A DNA stretch of 64,000 bases, from positions 1,504,001-1,568,000 of the forward strand of contig CAWFGO010000001.1 of NCBI GenBank assembly GCA_963815455.1. Direction: 5' to 3'. The notes beneath the pieces are model-generated. The model was not told the DNA's origin. It made no database searches and saw only the letters and a list, made by a program, of their open reading frames with translations. A program made the translations under genes and the position numbers. Below, piece after piece: positions 37,610-47,345 of the stretch. The DNA comes from an uncultured Verrucomicrobiae bacterium (GTDB lineage: Bacteria; Verrucomicrobiota; Verrucomicrobiia; Chthoniobacterales; UBA10450). The first letter of the stretch is position 1. Every line of letters starts with the position of its first letter.

Positions 37610-37989
37610 GCCGGAAAACTGGCGGAGACCCAGGCCAGCAGGAGGAAAGCGAAATTTTTCAGCACCATTCCAACCGGGTCGTGAATGAGATGACGGGCCC
37701 ACACAAGACCGCAGGCGTTCAGCGTCACGAGCAACGTTGTTTGAACAACAGCACAAACAAACGGGGCCAAACCGGTCAGAATCCAGATGGCAAGGGCCAC
37801 CTCGACAACTCCCAGCAACTTGAGGAAGAACTGTCCAAGGCGTGGGCCATAGCGAGGCACAGCCTCGACGACACGCATCTGGTTAGGTTCGCCGTTCAGC
37901 AGCTTGCACCACAGACCCTCATAAAGCCACACGGCAGCCACCGCGATATGGATCAGCCAAAGCGGCGGCAGGAAAGGTGATAGGAACAT
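37600..37989 (-). CDS. DoxX-like membrane protein
   Basis: AAVWLYEGLWCKL, LGVVE, DPVGMVLKN; multiple TM segments. Confidence 0.8.
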   Translation of the reverse strand: MFLSPFLPPLWLIHIAVAAVWLYEGLWCKLLNGEPNQMRVVEAVPRYGPRLGQFFLKLLGVVEVALAIWILTGLAPFVCAVVQTTLLVTLNACGLVWARHLIHDPVGMVLKNFAFLLLAWVSASFPAWG

Positions 37990-38007
37990 TGCTTTCTTTG
38001 CGCGGGG

Positions 38008-38547
38008 TCAACGCTGCAGCCGCAGATTACATCGCATCGCGGTCAAGATGTGACGGTGAAACGAGTGGCAGACCGCCGTTTCCAGCCACCCAAACAACCA
38101 GCGTGGATGCCATGGACTGGCATAACGAGTTGTGAGAGCAACTCGGGTTTGACCGTTCGAAAGCTGGCGCAGGGTGTAGTCGCCGCTCAAAAGCTTTATC
38201 CCGCCGCCCAACGCCAGATCTTGCTCGAAGACCTCAAAGGCATAGAGGCGCGGCCGAATGATCCGAGTCACTCGTTTTAGCAGGTGTCCGGCGACGTAGC
38301 GACATTTGACCTCACCGCCCACCTCGAACTTGCAACCCGCGGCCCCGATCGGAACCGGAAGGAGAAGGCGCCAGAAAAACGGCGGGCAGGTTTCAATCTC
38401 TTCGTAAAACATTGAGGCGTCCCATACCGCCTCGGGTGGGGCGTTGAAGTCCTGCCACGTAACAACTGAAGCAAACTGTGGCCTCGCCTCACCGGTTATC
38501 GCTTTTGGCTGACTGACCCGGTTCGTTGCAGTATCGATCATACCCAT
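38008..38547 (-). CDS. SRPBCC/START-like (polyketide cyclase-fold) protein
   Basis: NAPPEAVWD...LPVP...LAFEV-type...TRVALTTRY...HRHIL pattern; start uncertain (38541-38547). Confidence 0.65.
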   Translation of the reverse strand: MGMIDTATNRVSQPKAITGEARPQFASVVTWQDFNAPPEAVWDASMFYEEIETCPPFFWRLLLPVPIGAAGCKFEVGGEVKCRYVAGHLLKRVTRIIRPRLYAFEVFEQDLALGGGIKLLSGDYTLRQLSNGQTRVALTTRYASPWHPRWLFGWLETAVCHSFHRHILTAMRCNLRLQR

Positions 38548-38689
38548 TAGCTTTTTTTGTTCCTTACTTTGCGATACCGACATCCTGGGCCATCCGACGA
38601 GAGAGGGTTCTTTGACCCAGTACAATCGCCGTAGCGGTCCGTTACGGAACCGACTGCTCGTGGTCTTGCCAGACCGCCTGGTGAACTGT

Positions 38690-39703
38690 TCAGATTATTA
38701 CGGGTTCCATTCTCGCTGCATTCGGCGCGGTTCGTGTCTGCCCTATTGAGCGGATTCTCTTCGTGCTTCTCTTTATTTTTTTGGCGCGCACTTCTGGATG
38801 CGATGGCACAACCAGCACTGGCTGGCAGGCGTGGCGCACCACCTGTTCCGCCACGCTGCCGATTAACAGATGCTTTAGGCCGGTTCGCCCATGCGTGGCC
38901 GTAATGATAAGATCGACATCGCGCTGCTCAGCCAGCGCCGAAATCTCCCACACAGGCAGACCACTCTTAAAAGCGGTTTCAAATTTGACGCCTCGAAATT
39001 TCGCGCGCCGCACAAATTTCTCCATTTGACGTTCGGCACCTTTACGGGCGGCCTCTGTTAATGTGGGAAGATCGTACGTGCCGTAAGCATCCGCGGTGAA
39101 GGTGTAGCCAAAATCCACCGCATGAAGAATCACAAGCTTCGCCGCGACTTGCCCGGCAAATCCGATGGCGTATTCCAGCGCCTGAAACGACGATTGGGAG
39201 AAGTCGACCGGAACGAGAATGGTCCTAATGCTGCCGCTCCTCTTTCCCGGTTTTTCTCTGTTCACCCACACTGGACAACTTGAATGCTGCAGGACGCGCT
39301 CGGCGGTGCTGCCCAGGAAAACGTGTTTCAAACCGGTACGGCCATGCGTTGGCATTACGATCAGGTCGGCACGGATCGCGCGCGCAACCTTGGTGATCTC
39401 AGTGAAAATCGGCGCACCTTCCTGAATGTAACAGTGCGCTTCAGATATTCCGTGCTTGTTGGCCAGCACTCTCAGTGCACGCACCGCCTCGTGGCCCAAC
39501 TTCTCGCGGAACGCCGCCATCGGTGCCGGCACCGGCATTTTGGGCGCCATGTACTCAAACAGGTAATGGCATTCGTGCACGTGCACCAGATGAACCACTG
39601 CGCCAAAACGATTAGCCAAGCTCTGAGTGGCTTCAATCGCCGGCCCGGACATGTCCGAAAAATCAATCGGCACGAGAATGTTTTGAATATTAGGTTTTTT
39701 CAT
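38690..39703 (-). CDS. Universal stress protein, two USP domains
   Basis: ILVPIDFS/ILVPVDFS and THGRTGLKH...GS, each twice; start MKKPNIQ overlaps the upstream stop. Confidence 0.95.
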   Translation of the reverse strand: MKKPNIQNILVPIDFSDMSGPAIEATQSLANRFGAVVHLVHVHECHYLFEYMAPKMPVPAPMAAFREKLGHEAVRALRVLANKHGISEAHCYIQEGAPIFTEITKVARAIRADLIVMPTHGRTGLKHVFLGSTAERVLQHSSCPVWVNREKPGKRSGSIRTILVPVDFSQSSFQALEYAIGFAGQVAAKLVILHAVDFGYTFTADAYGTYDLPTLTEAARKGAERQMEKFVRRAKFRGVKFETAFKSGLPVWEISALAEQRDVDLIITATHGRTGLKHLLIGSVAEQVVRHACQPVLVVPSHPEVRAKKIKRSTKRIRSIGQTRTAPNAARMEPVII

Positions 39704-39963
39704 GGCTGTCGATGTAATTTGTTCCAAAAGATCGCCCCGATAAGACCGAAGGCGTATCCACTGAAGAAGGTGATGATGACCAGGGTAAGGGCCGCGCGCG
39801 GATCGAACGCCTTGATCACATAAATCGGTTGGATCATGTGCGCCCAGAAGATGAAATCGAGGAGAGGTTGGGCCCAACCGACCAAGACGAGCAGCGCCCA
39901 AAGTAAGTGCCAGCCGCCGATTAGCGCTCCGATAACAAGACCGACTCTATTTGGATTAGTCAT
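39700..39963 (-). CDS. Small membrane protein, two TM segments
   Basis: GAGGAG RBS; HLLWALLV..GWAQPLLDFIFWAHM pattern. Confidence 0.8.
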   Translation of the reverse strand: MTNPNRVGLVIGALIGGWHLLWALLVLVGWAQPLLDFIFWAHMIQPIYVIKAFDPRAALTLVIITFFSGYAFGLIGAIFWNKLHRQP

Positions 39964-39975
39964 ATTAATTCTCCT

Positions 39976-40317
39976 CTAAAAATGGAATCTCGGTGTGTGA
40001 ACAGCTGGTAAGCCCTGCGTTTCCCAGGTCTCCATTCCCCCTTCAACCACCACCGGCTGATTGCAGCCCACCCCCCGCAACATTCCTGCAGCCATGCCAG
40101 CCAATGCGCGGCTTTGGCCAATCACAAACAACGGTTCCGAGGCCGGCCGTTTGCGCTCGCACAAGATCTTTACCGGCGACATCCGCCTGAGCGGAGCCGA
40201 GCGGGCGCCCGGAATGTGGAGTCTGTTGAATTCCTCCCTTGGGCGCACATCAATCAGATCAAACGGCTGGCGGTTTGCCACCAGTGTCGCCATGCCCATT
40301 GGATGAATCGTTGTCAT
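39976..40317 (-). CDS. Rhodanese-like domain protein lacking the catalytic Cys
   Basis: LIDVR..EF...HIPGA, VEGGMETW..GLP; active-site loop reads VIGQSR. Confidence 0.85.
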   Translation of the reverse strand: MTTIHPMGMATLVANRQPFDLIDVRPREEFNRLHIPGARSAPLRRMSPVKILCERKRPASEPLFVIGQSRALAGMAAGMLRGVGCNQPVVVEGGMETWETQGLPAVHTPRFHF

Positions 40318-40377
40318 AACATCCTCTCCGTTTCTGCCGATAACTAGCCAGAGCCGGTTGAGCGCGCTCCACGGATT

Positions 40378-40401
40378 TTGCGAACCACTGAGCGCTTCTT
40401 G
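40378..40401 (-). promoter_or_regulatory. Candidate regulon motif
   Basis: TTGCGAACCACTGAGCGCTTCTTG on +, 61 nt from the rhodanese start. Confidence 0.55.
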
Positions 40402-40404
40402 CTC

Positions 40405-42846
40405 TTAGCCGGGACAGTGCCGGTAGAAGATGTGCTTAACCAGCTCAGCCGAGATCACGTAAGCGATTATAATCAAAGCAACAATCGGATAGAAGTGCGC
40501 CGGCATCGTTTGAAATCCGAGCACGGACGCAGCCGGCAAATGCGGAAGTGCAACAGCGACGATCACAACCGCGACGGTGGCAAGTAGGAGTAATTTGCTC
40601 GGCCGACTCCTAAAAAATGGGCGCCGACTGCGCACGACCAGGACAATCAGCGCCGCCGAAACGATCGATTCGATAAACCACCCAGTGCGGAATTGTGCAG
40701 TCGTGGCGTTCAGCCAGATCAAGACACCGAATGTCAGGTAATCGAAAACGGAGCTGACCAGACCGAACACGACCATGAAACGCCGGATGAAATGAATGTC
40801 CCAACGTCGCGGGCGTTCGACGAGTTCAGGATCGACATCGTCGCTGGCGATTGTCATCTCCGGAAAATCGGTCAGCAGATTGATGAGCAAAATTTGTTTG
40901 GGCAAGAGCGGCAGAAACGGAAGAAAGAGCGAGGCCCCGGCCATGCTAAACATGTTTCCGAAATTCGCGCTGGTGGCGATGAAAACGTATTTGAGAGTAT
41001 TGGCGAAAGTGCGCCGGCCTTCGCGCACACCATCGACAAGCACTTCGAGGTCATGTTCGAGCAAAACAAAGTCCGCGGCCTCGCGCGCGACATCGACAGC
41101 GCTATCGACCGACAAGCTCACGTCGGAAGCGTGCAATGCCGAGACGTCGTTAATTCCGTCGCCGATGTAACCGACAACCTGCCCGGATTTTCGTAGCGCG
41201 AAAATCAAACGCTCCTTCTGGCTCGGTTCGATCTCGGCGAACACTTCGACCTTGCTCGCCTGCTGCATCAGCGCGGCATCGCTCATCGCTTGAATCTCGC
41301 GCCCGGAAAGGACTTGTTCGGCATTCAGGCCAACTTGTTGGGCCAGATGGGTGGCGATCAAAACATTGTCGCCGGTGACTATCTTTAACCGGATGCCGAG
41401 GTCGCGCAGTTCACGCACAGTGGATTCGATTCCGGGTTTCGGCGGGTCCGACATCGCCACGAGCCCGAGAAAAATCATTCCTGTTTCGGTTTCGCGATCG
41501 ATTCGCGAGCAATCGGAGCCGTACTCGCGATACGCGACAGCAATGACGCGCGAACCTTCGGAACTAAATCGGCGCCACTGCTCATCAATCGGGCCGCGCG
41601 CGACATCGATGTCGTCGCGCGTTCCGTCGTTCCACTCAATCTCAGAGCAGATTTCCAGAATTTGTCGCAGCGCGCCTTTGGTGATCAGCACGCGGCGCCC
41701 ATTTTTTTCGAACAAAATGCTCAGACGTTTACGGGCGAAATCGTATGGCAGCTCGTCGAGCTTGGTCCATCCGGTGCAATCCCACGCCGGATGACCGCGG
41801 ATGGCTTCATCGATGGGATTAATGAATCCGGTTTCGTTAGACGCATTGAGAAATGCGTAGAACATCGACTTCTCACATTCCGTTCCGCGTCCATCCACCG
41901 CCGCGCGAATATCGATCTTGCCCTCGGTGATCGTGCCCGTTTTGTCGGAACAGAGCACGTTCATGCTGCCAAAATTCTCAATCGCGGCCAGGCGTTTCAC
42001 GATCACCTTCTGCTGCGCCATGCGCCGCGCGCCGTGAGCAAGATTGATGGTGATGATCGCCGGGAGCAGTTGCGGCGTTAGCCCGACCGCCAGCGCGAGC
42101 GCGAACAAAAACGAATCGAGTACCGGCTTGTGCAGGAAAACGTTGAACCCAAAGATCGCGAGCACCAGTAGCAGCGTGATCTGGGCCAGCAGATAACCGA
42201 ACCGCCGCACGCCGCGCTCGAATTCCGTTTCCGGCCGGCGCAACCGCAGGCTTTCGGCGATCTTGCCGAAGCGCGTCGCCTTTCCGGTGGCGACGATCTC
42301 GGCCTTGCCCGAACCACTGACCACATGCGTGCCGAGATAGACCTGGGTTTTTGTCGGCTCACTCGGATCGACAGTCGTTTTTTCCGCCGGAAAAGTTTCG
42401 CCGGTCAGCGTCGATTCATTAACGAAAAGCTCGCGCGCTTCGAGAAGCAGGCCGTCACCCGGAATGATCGCGCCCGCGCAAAGCACGGCGACGTCCCCCG
42501 GTACGACCTCGGCCAACGAAATGATCGCTTCCTCGCCATCACGCAGCACACGCACCTTTGTTTCGACCATCGCGCGCAATTTCGCCACGGCATTTGTTGC
42601 GCTGTACTCCTGCCAAAACCCAAGCAGCCCGCTCACGAGCACGATTGATAGAATCAGCACCGCATCGGTATGGTCCTCCAGAAAAATGGAGACGATCGCG
42701 GCGCCGATCAAAATCAGAATGATTGGGCTCTTGAATTGCGCCAGGAAAAGAGTGAGTGCGCCGGCCGGGCGCTCGGATCGGATTCGGTTTGGACCGAGTC
42801 GTGCGAGCCGCTCGCGCGCCTCGATCGTTGTAAGACCAGCGGCCAC
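40405..42846 (-). CDS. mgtA: Magnesium-translocating P-type ATPase
   Basis: TPQLLP, DKTGT, NPIDEAI, PYDF.RKR, SANFGNMFS, TGWFIES; GTG start placed just after the upstream stop. Confidence 0.9.
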   Translation of the reverse strand: MAAGLTTIEARERLARLGPNRIRSERPAGALTLFLAQFKSPIILILIGAAIVSIFLEDHTDAVLILSIVLVSGLLGFWQEYSATNAVAKLRAMVETKVRVLRDGEEAIISLAEVVPGDVAVLCAGAIIPGDGLLLEARELFVNESTLTGETFPAEKTTVDPSEPTKTQVYLGTHVVSGSGKAEIVATGKATRFGKIAESLRLRRPETEFERGVRRFGYLLAQITLLLVLAIFGFNVFLHKPVLDSFLFALALAVGLTPQLLPAIITINLAHGARRMAQQKVIVKRLAAIENFGSMNVLCSDKTGTITEGKIDIRAAVDGRGTECEKSMFYAFLNASNETGFINPIDEAIRGHPAWDCTGWTKLDELPYDFARKRLSILFEKNGRRVLITKGALRQILEICSEIEWNDGTRDDIDVARGPIDEQWRRFSSEGSRVIAVAYREYGSDCSRIDRETETGMIFLGLVAMSDPPKPGIESTVRELRDLGIRLKIVTGDNVLIATHLAQQVGLNAEQVLSGREIQAMSDAALMQQASKVEVFAEIEPSQKERLIFALRKSGQVVGYIGDGINDVSALHASDVSLSVDSAVDVAREAADFVLLEHDLEVLVDGVREGRRTFANTLKYVFIATSANFGNMFSMAGASLFLPFLPLLPKQILLINLLTDFPEMTIASDDVDPELVERPRRWDIHFIRRFMVVFGLVSSVFDYLTFGVLIWLNATTAQFRTGWFIESIVSAALIVLVVRSRRPFFRSRPSKLLLLATVAVVIVAVALPHLPAASVLGFQTMPAHFYPIVALIIIAYVISAELVKHIFYRHCPG

Positions 42847-42848
42847 CG

Positions 42849-43392
42849 CTATCCGGTGCGTTTTCGCACTTCCACGGGCATTCGGCTCAGTTTTTGGAAA
42901 AGCCGGCCCTTGCGCAAAAGCGGCCACCAATCGTAAAGAAAAATCTGCATCGGCCGCCACATGGCCACCCAGCCGGCAATGGTCAGACTTTCCCGGACCA
43001 GGATCGGCAATGTTCCCATTTGCTGTTGCAACAGGAGCTCGCTGGTGATGAGACAGAGCCCGAGAAAAACCAGCCCGATGATCAGGCTGGTCCGTCCGCG
43101 CTTGAGGAGCTGGCGCAACTCGAGCCGATTCAGGTTCGCTCGATAGGCAAAATAGTTGTGCACCGCGGTTTCAACTACCTGTTGAGCATCACCCTGCGCC
43201 GGCAGATCCTCCACCTGAACCCGACAGGAAGACCGGATCCTTTCTCGGGAATTCCTGGGCCCAGCTGACAATGAACTCTTCCGCATCATGATCGAGGTCC
43301 TTTTCATGAAACGGGGATGGATCCATCGAATTGAACAGTTGCTCGATTCGATGGACAAAAATCTCGATTCGATGCCGCGGTCTCCTATGCAA
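42849..43392 (-). pseudogene. Frameshifted conserved hypothetical membrane protein
   Basis: N-half (QLFNSMDPSPFHEKDLD) and C-half (ESLTIAGWVAMWRP...YDWWP) are in different frames; removing one base near 43224 joins them. Confidence 0.7.
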
Positions 43393-43407
43393 TTTGGATT
43401 TGAGAAT

Positions 43408-44205
43408 TTACGACGGGCGTTTGGAGGCAATGTTCACAAGTTCATTACAAACTGAACTGATCTCTTTGACCGCTTTTTCCGTCATAGGCCCATTCTCATT
43501 TTGGATGAGCAGGTGAATTCTCCGTATTCCCTCCGCCATTTTCACGATCATCCGGCGGTTCCCTATTCTACCGCTCATTCCGCGAAGTTGTTTTTCCAGA
43601 TGATCGAGCAGAACCGGCTGTCGAATAAGCTCGGCCCGCTCCGGCGAATAATTCTGTAGGACCAGAGTACAGAGCGCTTCGGTCCCGCGCAACCAACCGG
43701 CCAGACTCACCAGTTGGGAGAGGGGCTCGCTCTTGAGCTCAATCATTCCTTTTTCAAGATCAGCAAGGACGCCGTCCCATTCTCGGCGCGCTGCCGCCCA
43801 CTCATTTTTGTCGGCATATTCCATGATGCTTCTGCTGCGCCTGACCGCGGTCTTTTCGACGCCAAGCCCGCGCGACAGCGTCAGCACCACATCACCAACG
43901 TTTTTCACTTCGGCCGAGTCTCTTGCTTCCATCGCGATGAAACCCTCCGCCACCACAACCCCGAGCAGGAGCGCGATCTGGACCTGGTCGCCATGTGATT
44001 TCCAGCGCACCACTTCCAGACGTTGCACGGCCTGCCAGTTGGCGCCGTGAAACTTATCAAGCGTTTGAAATATCTCTTTCGGCACCGGGACCAAAATGCC
44101 TTCCACCGGCCTGGCCTGAGAAGGAAGCTGCCCGGGAGGCATCTGAGCGAACGCCGGAACCACCAGGGTAATCAGGATAAAAAGATAAATCCTTCGTGAA
44201 GACAC
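43408..44205 (-). CDS. Hypothetical exported helical protein (paralogue of 54412-55206)
   Basis: Signal peptide ending AFA; VPVPKEIF, LLGVVVAEGFIA, SLAGWLRGTEAL shared with the paralogue. Confidence 0.8.
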   Translation of the reverse strand: MSSRRIYLFILITLVVPAFAQMPPGQLPSQARPVEGILVPVPKEIFQTLDKFHGANWQAVQRLEVVRWKSHGDQVQIALLLGVVVAEGFIAMEARDSAEVKNVGDVVLTLSRGLGVEKTAVRRSRSIMEYADKNEWAAARREWDGVLADLEKGMIELKSEPLSQLVSLAGWLRGTEALCTLVLQNYSPERAELIRQPVLLDHLEKQLRGMSGRIGNRRMIVKMAEGIRRIHLLIQNENGPMTEKAVKEISSVCNELVNIASKRPS

Positions 44206-44212
44206 AACGGGT

Positions 44213-45550
44213 TCAGAGTCCGCTCGGAAACGTTTCTTCCACTTCACCCGCCTGCCACTCGGCGGTACGTTCCAGCGGTTCTACCGCGCGGGTGCAATCG
44301 TAATGCAAAACGCCATCGAACTGGTCCGGCAATCGCGCGTGAAAATAGTGACTAGCCAATTCGGTCTCGGGCCGATAGATGACGCCGATGGCCCGTTCGA
44401 GCCGCTCGCTTCTTAAACGCGAAGCAAGATCGCCATTGCTTCTCAGGTTAAGAAAAAAATTCGGCACATCCGCATCGTGAAATAGGGCCTCGTAACTTTC
44501 AGGGTGGCCGGGACGCACATTCTTGCGCTCAGCCGGTCCGTCCCAGTCAGACGCAGCCGTGACCGTGCCCTCGTAGGTAGTGAAGCCAATCGAGACGGCT
44601 TCCCGCCCAAAATGCATCCGGGCGAGCTGTCCCAGGTTCAATTCCCCGCGTTCGCCCATCTGCGTTGCGCGGGCGTCGCCCAGATGCGAGTTGTGCGCCC
44701 AAACGATTATCTTCGCGGGCGTTCCCTGCTTGCCCAAATGGTCAGCCAGCGAGACGAGCGATTCCATCATGTGAGTATCGCGCAAGTTCCAGGATGATAC
44801 TTCGCGTCGGAACATATTGCGGTAATATTCTTCCGCGTTCCGAACCACAAGCGCGTTTTGTTCGGCACAAAAATATGCGTCTGCCGCGACCTGACCATCA
44901 CGCCGCAGATATTCCATTGCCTTGTGCCGCAGCGCGACGAGTTCCTTGACCACACCCTCCCGGCAGGACGGCGCCATCCCAAATCCAGCCGCGTATCCGT
45001 AGGTCTCGATTTTCTTGCCAAATTGCTCAAAGCAACTGTAGTGATGTCGCGCCCGCATGGCCGCTTCCGGATCGACCTTGCTCAAATAGGCGAGCACTGC
45101 TTCGATCGACGCGTGCAGGCTGTAAAGATCGAGCCCGTAAAAGCCGCATTTTCGATTTTCGAATGCCTGCTCATCGTTGTGTTCGCGCAACCAGCCGACG
45201 AAGTCGAGAACATCGGCGTTTCGCCACATCCATTGCGGAAAACGCTTGAATCCGCTTAAGGCTTCCACGCTATCAATGTCAGTGCTGACGCCCCGAACAA
45301 AGCGGTTGATCCGATATGCGTCCGGCCAGTCTGCTTCCACCGCGACCGCGCCAAAACCGCGCTGCGCGATCAGCCGTTTGGAAATCTGGGCGCGCACCCT
45401 GTAAAATTCGTGCGTTCCATGGCTGGCCTCGCCGATCAGGACAAAGCGAGCATCGCCAATCAGATCGACAATCAGATCGAAATCATCTGGTGAGCCGACC
45501 AACGGCTCGGCCACTTTACTAATAAGATCTGGCAATAACCGTGAGTTCAT
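44213..45550 (-). CDS. Erythromycin esterase family protein (Rv2030c C-terminal-like)
   Basis: IGEASHGTHEFY, EADWPD, FPQWMWRN, WAHNSHLGDA, ERAIGVIY. Confidence 0.93.
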   Translation of the reverse strand: MNSRLLPDLISKVAEPLVGSPDDFDLIVDLIGDARFVLIGEASHGTHEFYRVRAQISKRLIAQRGFGAVAVEADWPDAYRINRFVRGVSTDIDSVEALSGFKRFPQWMWRNADVLDFVGWLREHNDEQAFENRKCGFYGLDLYSLHASIEAVLAYLSKVDPEAAMRARHHYSCFEQFGKKIETYGYAAGFGMAPSCREGVVKELVALRHKAMEYLRRDGQVAADAYFCAEQNALVVRNAEEYYRNMFRREVSSWNLRDTHMMESLVSLADHLGKQGTPAKIIVWAHNSHLGDARATQMGERGELNLGQLARMHFGREAVSIGFTTYEGTVTAASDWDGPAERKNVRPGHPESYEALFHDADVPNFFLNLRSNGDLASRLRSERLERAIGVIYRPETELASHYFHARLPDQFDGVLHYDCTRAVEPLERTAEWQAGEVEETFPSGL

Positions 45551-46215
45551 GCCGCCGCCAAGGGTACGACCCGTTGATTCGCTTGAGCCAGAAGACTCTT
45601 CACTTCCTCGTCCGTCGTTTGCGAAAAATCCTCGTACCACTGACCGACTCCATGGAATTCAACCGGAACCAGCACCGCAACAACCTCATCGGCAACGTCG
45701 CGAAGATAATCGCAGGTGGATCGCGCGATGACCGGTGCGGCAACAATGATGCGTTTTGCGTTGAGTTGGCGAAGACTCGAGACCGCCGCGGCCATGGTCG
45801 ATCCCGTGGCAACGCCATCATCGACAATGATAAGAGTCTTGCCTTCCGCTTCCAAAGCGGGCCGATCGCCGCGATACAACCGTTCACGCCGTTGCAGCTC
45901 GCGAAACTCGGTCGCGGTCACATTATTGACGACCTCATCGGAGATCTGGAGCGAGTTGATGACATCTCCGTTGAATACCCGAACACCGCCAGTGGCGATC
46001 GCCCCCATGGCCAGCTCCGGATATCCCGGCAGCCCCAACTTGCGCACAACAAAAACATCGAGCGGCACATTCAATCTCCGGGCGACTCGGGCCGCAACCG
46101 GCACGCCGCCGCGCGGCAACGCGAGCACAATCGCGTCCGGCTTGTTTGCGTAGGCAGTGAGTTGCTCGCCCAAAAATTCACCCGCGTCGTAACGATCATG
46201 GAATTGGGTTCTCAT
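45547..46215 (-). CDS. Phosphoribosyltransferase-like protein (Rv0571c/Rv2030c N-terminal-like)
   Basis: ALPRGGVPVA, VRKLG.PG..ELAMGA, VDDGVATG, VGQWYEDFSQ. Confidence 0.92.
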   Translation of the reverse strand: MRTQFHDRYDAGEFLGEQLTAYANKPDAIVLALPRGGVPVAARVARRLNVPLDVFVVRKLGLPGYPELAMGAIATGGVRVFNGDVINSLQISDEVVNNVTATEFRELQRRERLYRGDRPALEAEGKTLIIVDDGVATGSTMAAAVSSLRQLNAKRIIVAAPVIARSTCDYLRDVADEVVAVLVPVEFHGVGQWYEDFSQTTDEEVKSLLAQANQRVVPLAAA

Positions 46216-46925
46216 TTTCGTGGCTTCAGATGTTTTCGAAACCAATCGGCCGCCAGTCGCGCAACTTCTTCCAGCGCGCCCGGTTCCTCAAAGAGATGGG
46301 TCGCGTGCGGCACCACGGCCAGCGATTTGTGACATTGCAGTTGCGCATACGCTTCTTCGTTTAGACGCAAAACTTCCTCATCGCGTTCGCCGACGATTAA
46401 AAGCGTTGGCGCTTGCACATGGGCCAGAGCTTCGCCGGCGAGATCCGGGCGACCGCCGCGCGAAACGACAGCGCCGATTGTCGATTCCAGCACAGCGGCT
46501 GCGCGCAACGCCGCCGCCCCACCGGTGCTCGCGCCGAAATAGCCCAACCCCAGGTTTCGCGAATGCGAATCATCTGCGATCTCCTCGGTAACGATGGCAA
46601 GCCTTCGACTCAGTAATCCGATGTCGAACCGCAAATGGCCGGTGTGGGCGTCCTCCACTTCTTCCTGCGGAGTGAGAAGATCAAACAGCAGCGTTGCCAT
46701 TCCAGCGTCGCGCAACACCTGCGCCACTGCCTGATTGCGTGGACTGCGCCGGCTGCTGCCACTGCCATGCGCAAACAAAACCAGACCCCGCGCGCGTTGC
46801 GGAATGTCGAGATCGCCGGAAAGCATGACCTCGGCTGCGGGTATCTGCAGCGCCAGCGATTCGGAACCAACATCCGATTCATCCTCGCTCGGAGAAGCGA
46901 TGTCTAATTCGTTTCGTGTTCTCAT
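46212..46925 (-). CDS. Dienelactone hydrolase-like alpha/beta hydrolase
   Basis: FAHGSGSSR.SPRN, GASTG, SRGGRPDLA, ATHLFEEPG. Confidence 0.92.
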   Translation of the reverse strand: MRTRNELDIASPSEDESDVGSESLALQIPAAEVMLSGDLDIPQRARGLVLFAHGSGSSRRSPRNQAVAQVLRDAGMATLLFDLLTPQEEVEDAHTGHLRFDIGLLSRRLAIVTEEIADDSHSRNLGLGYFGASTGGAAALRAAAVLESTIGAVVSRGGRPDLAGEALAHVQAPTLLIVGERDEEVLRLNEEAYAQLQCHKSLAVVPHATHLFEEPGALEEVARLAADWFRKHLKPRK

Positions 46926-46929
46926 GTTT

Positions 46930-47136
46930 TCATAAGTGATGGTGGATCAGACGTGATTGCTCCGCGTGTTCGTGAAGAGCATGGGCCGTGGCAATGGCCA
47001 ATGCTCCAGCCGCGATCACGAAGCCGGCGAGGAGAAAAACTTCGTGCACGGCGATTCCCAACCCGATGCTCAACCCGAGCAGAACCGCGACCCGTGCCCC
47101 GTTCACCTTCCCGGCATCTTTTTTAATCGTGCTCAT
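46930..47136 (-). CDS. Small membrane protein
   Basis: GAGG RBS; long hydrophobic stretch; first gene of the operon. Confidence 0.65.
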   Translation of the reverse strand: MSTIKKDAGKVNGARVAVLLGLSIGLGIAVHEVFLLAGFVIAAGALAIATAHALHEHAEQSRLIHHHL

Positions 47137-47206
47137 AATAGTACCTCTTTAGGTACCTCTTGCCAAAAAGACATTGACCCGGGAACCGAACACCGCTCTG
47201 CGTGAA

Positions 47207-47230
47207 TTGCCTTTTCCTGCCCAAATCTTG
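47207..47230 (-). promoter_or_regulatory. Candidate regulon motif
   Basis: TTGCCTTTTCCTGCCCAAATCTTG on +, 71 nt from the start at 47136. Confidence 0.5.
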
Positions 47231-47345
47231 CGCGGACGCGCTGCAGGTAATACTCGCCGACCCCGACTTGGACCAGCGGCAGCGCCGGATTGGATTCAGG
47301 GCGTCCTTTCGCCTGAGGTAACGTCGAAGGAAAATACCATGCCGT

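Noticed and set aside
42847..42960. Longer MgtA N-terminus
   Set aside because: It overlaps the conserved 3' end of the upstream gene; GTG at 42846 follows that stop directly
44213..45550. Macrolide resistance gene (ereA/ereB)
   Set aside because: Motifs and context match the Rv2030c-like stress-associated subgroup; no resistance or mobile context
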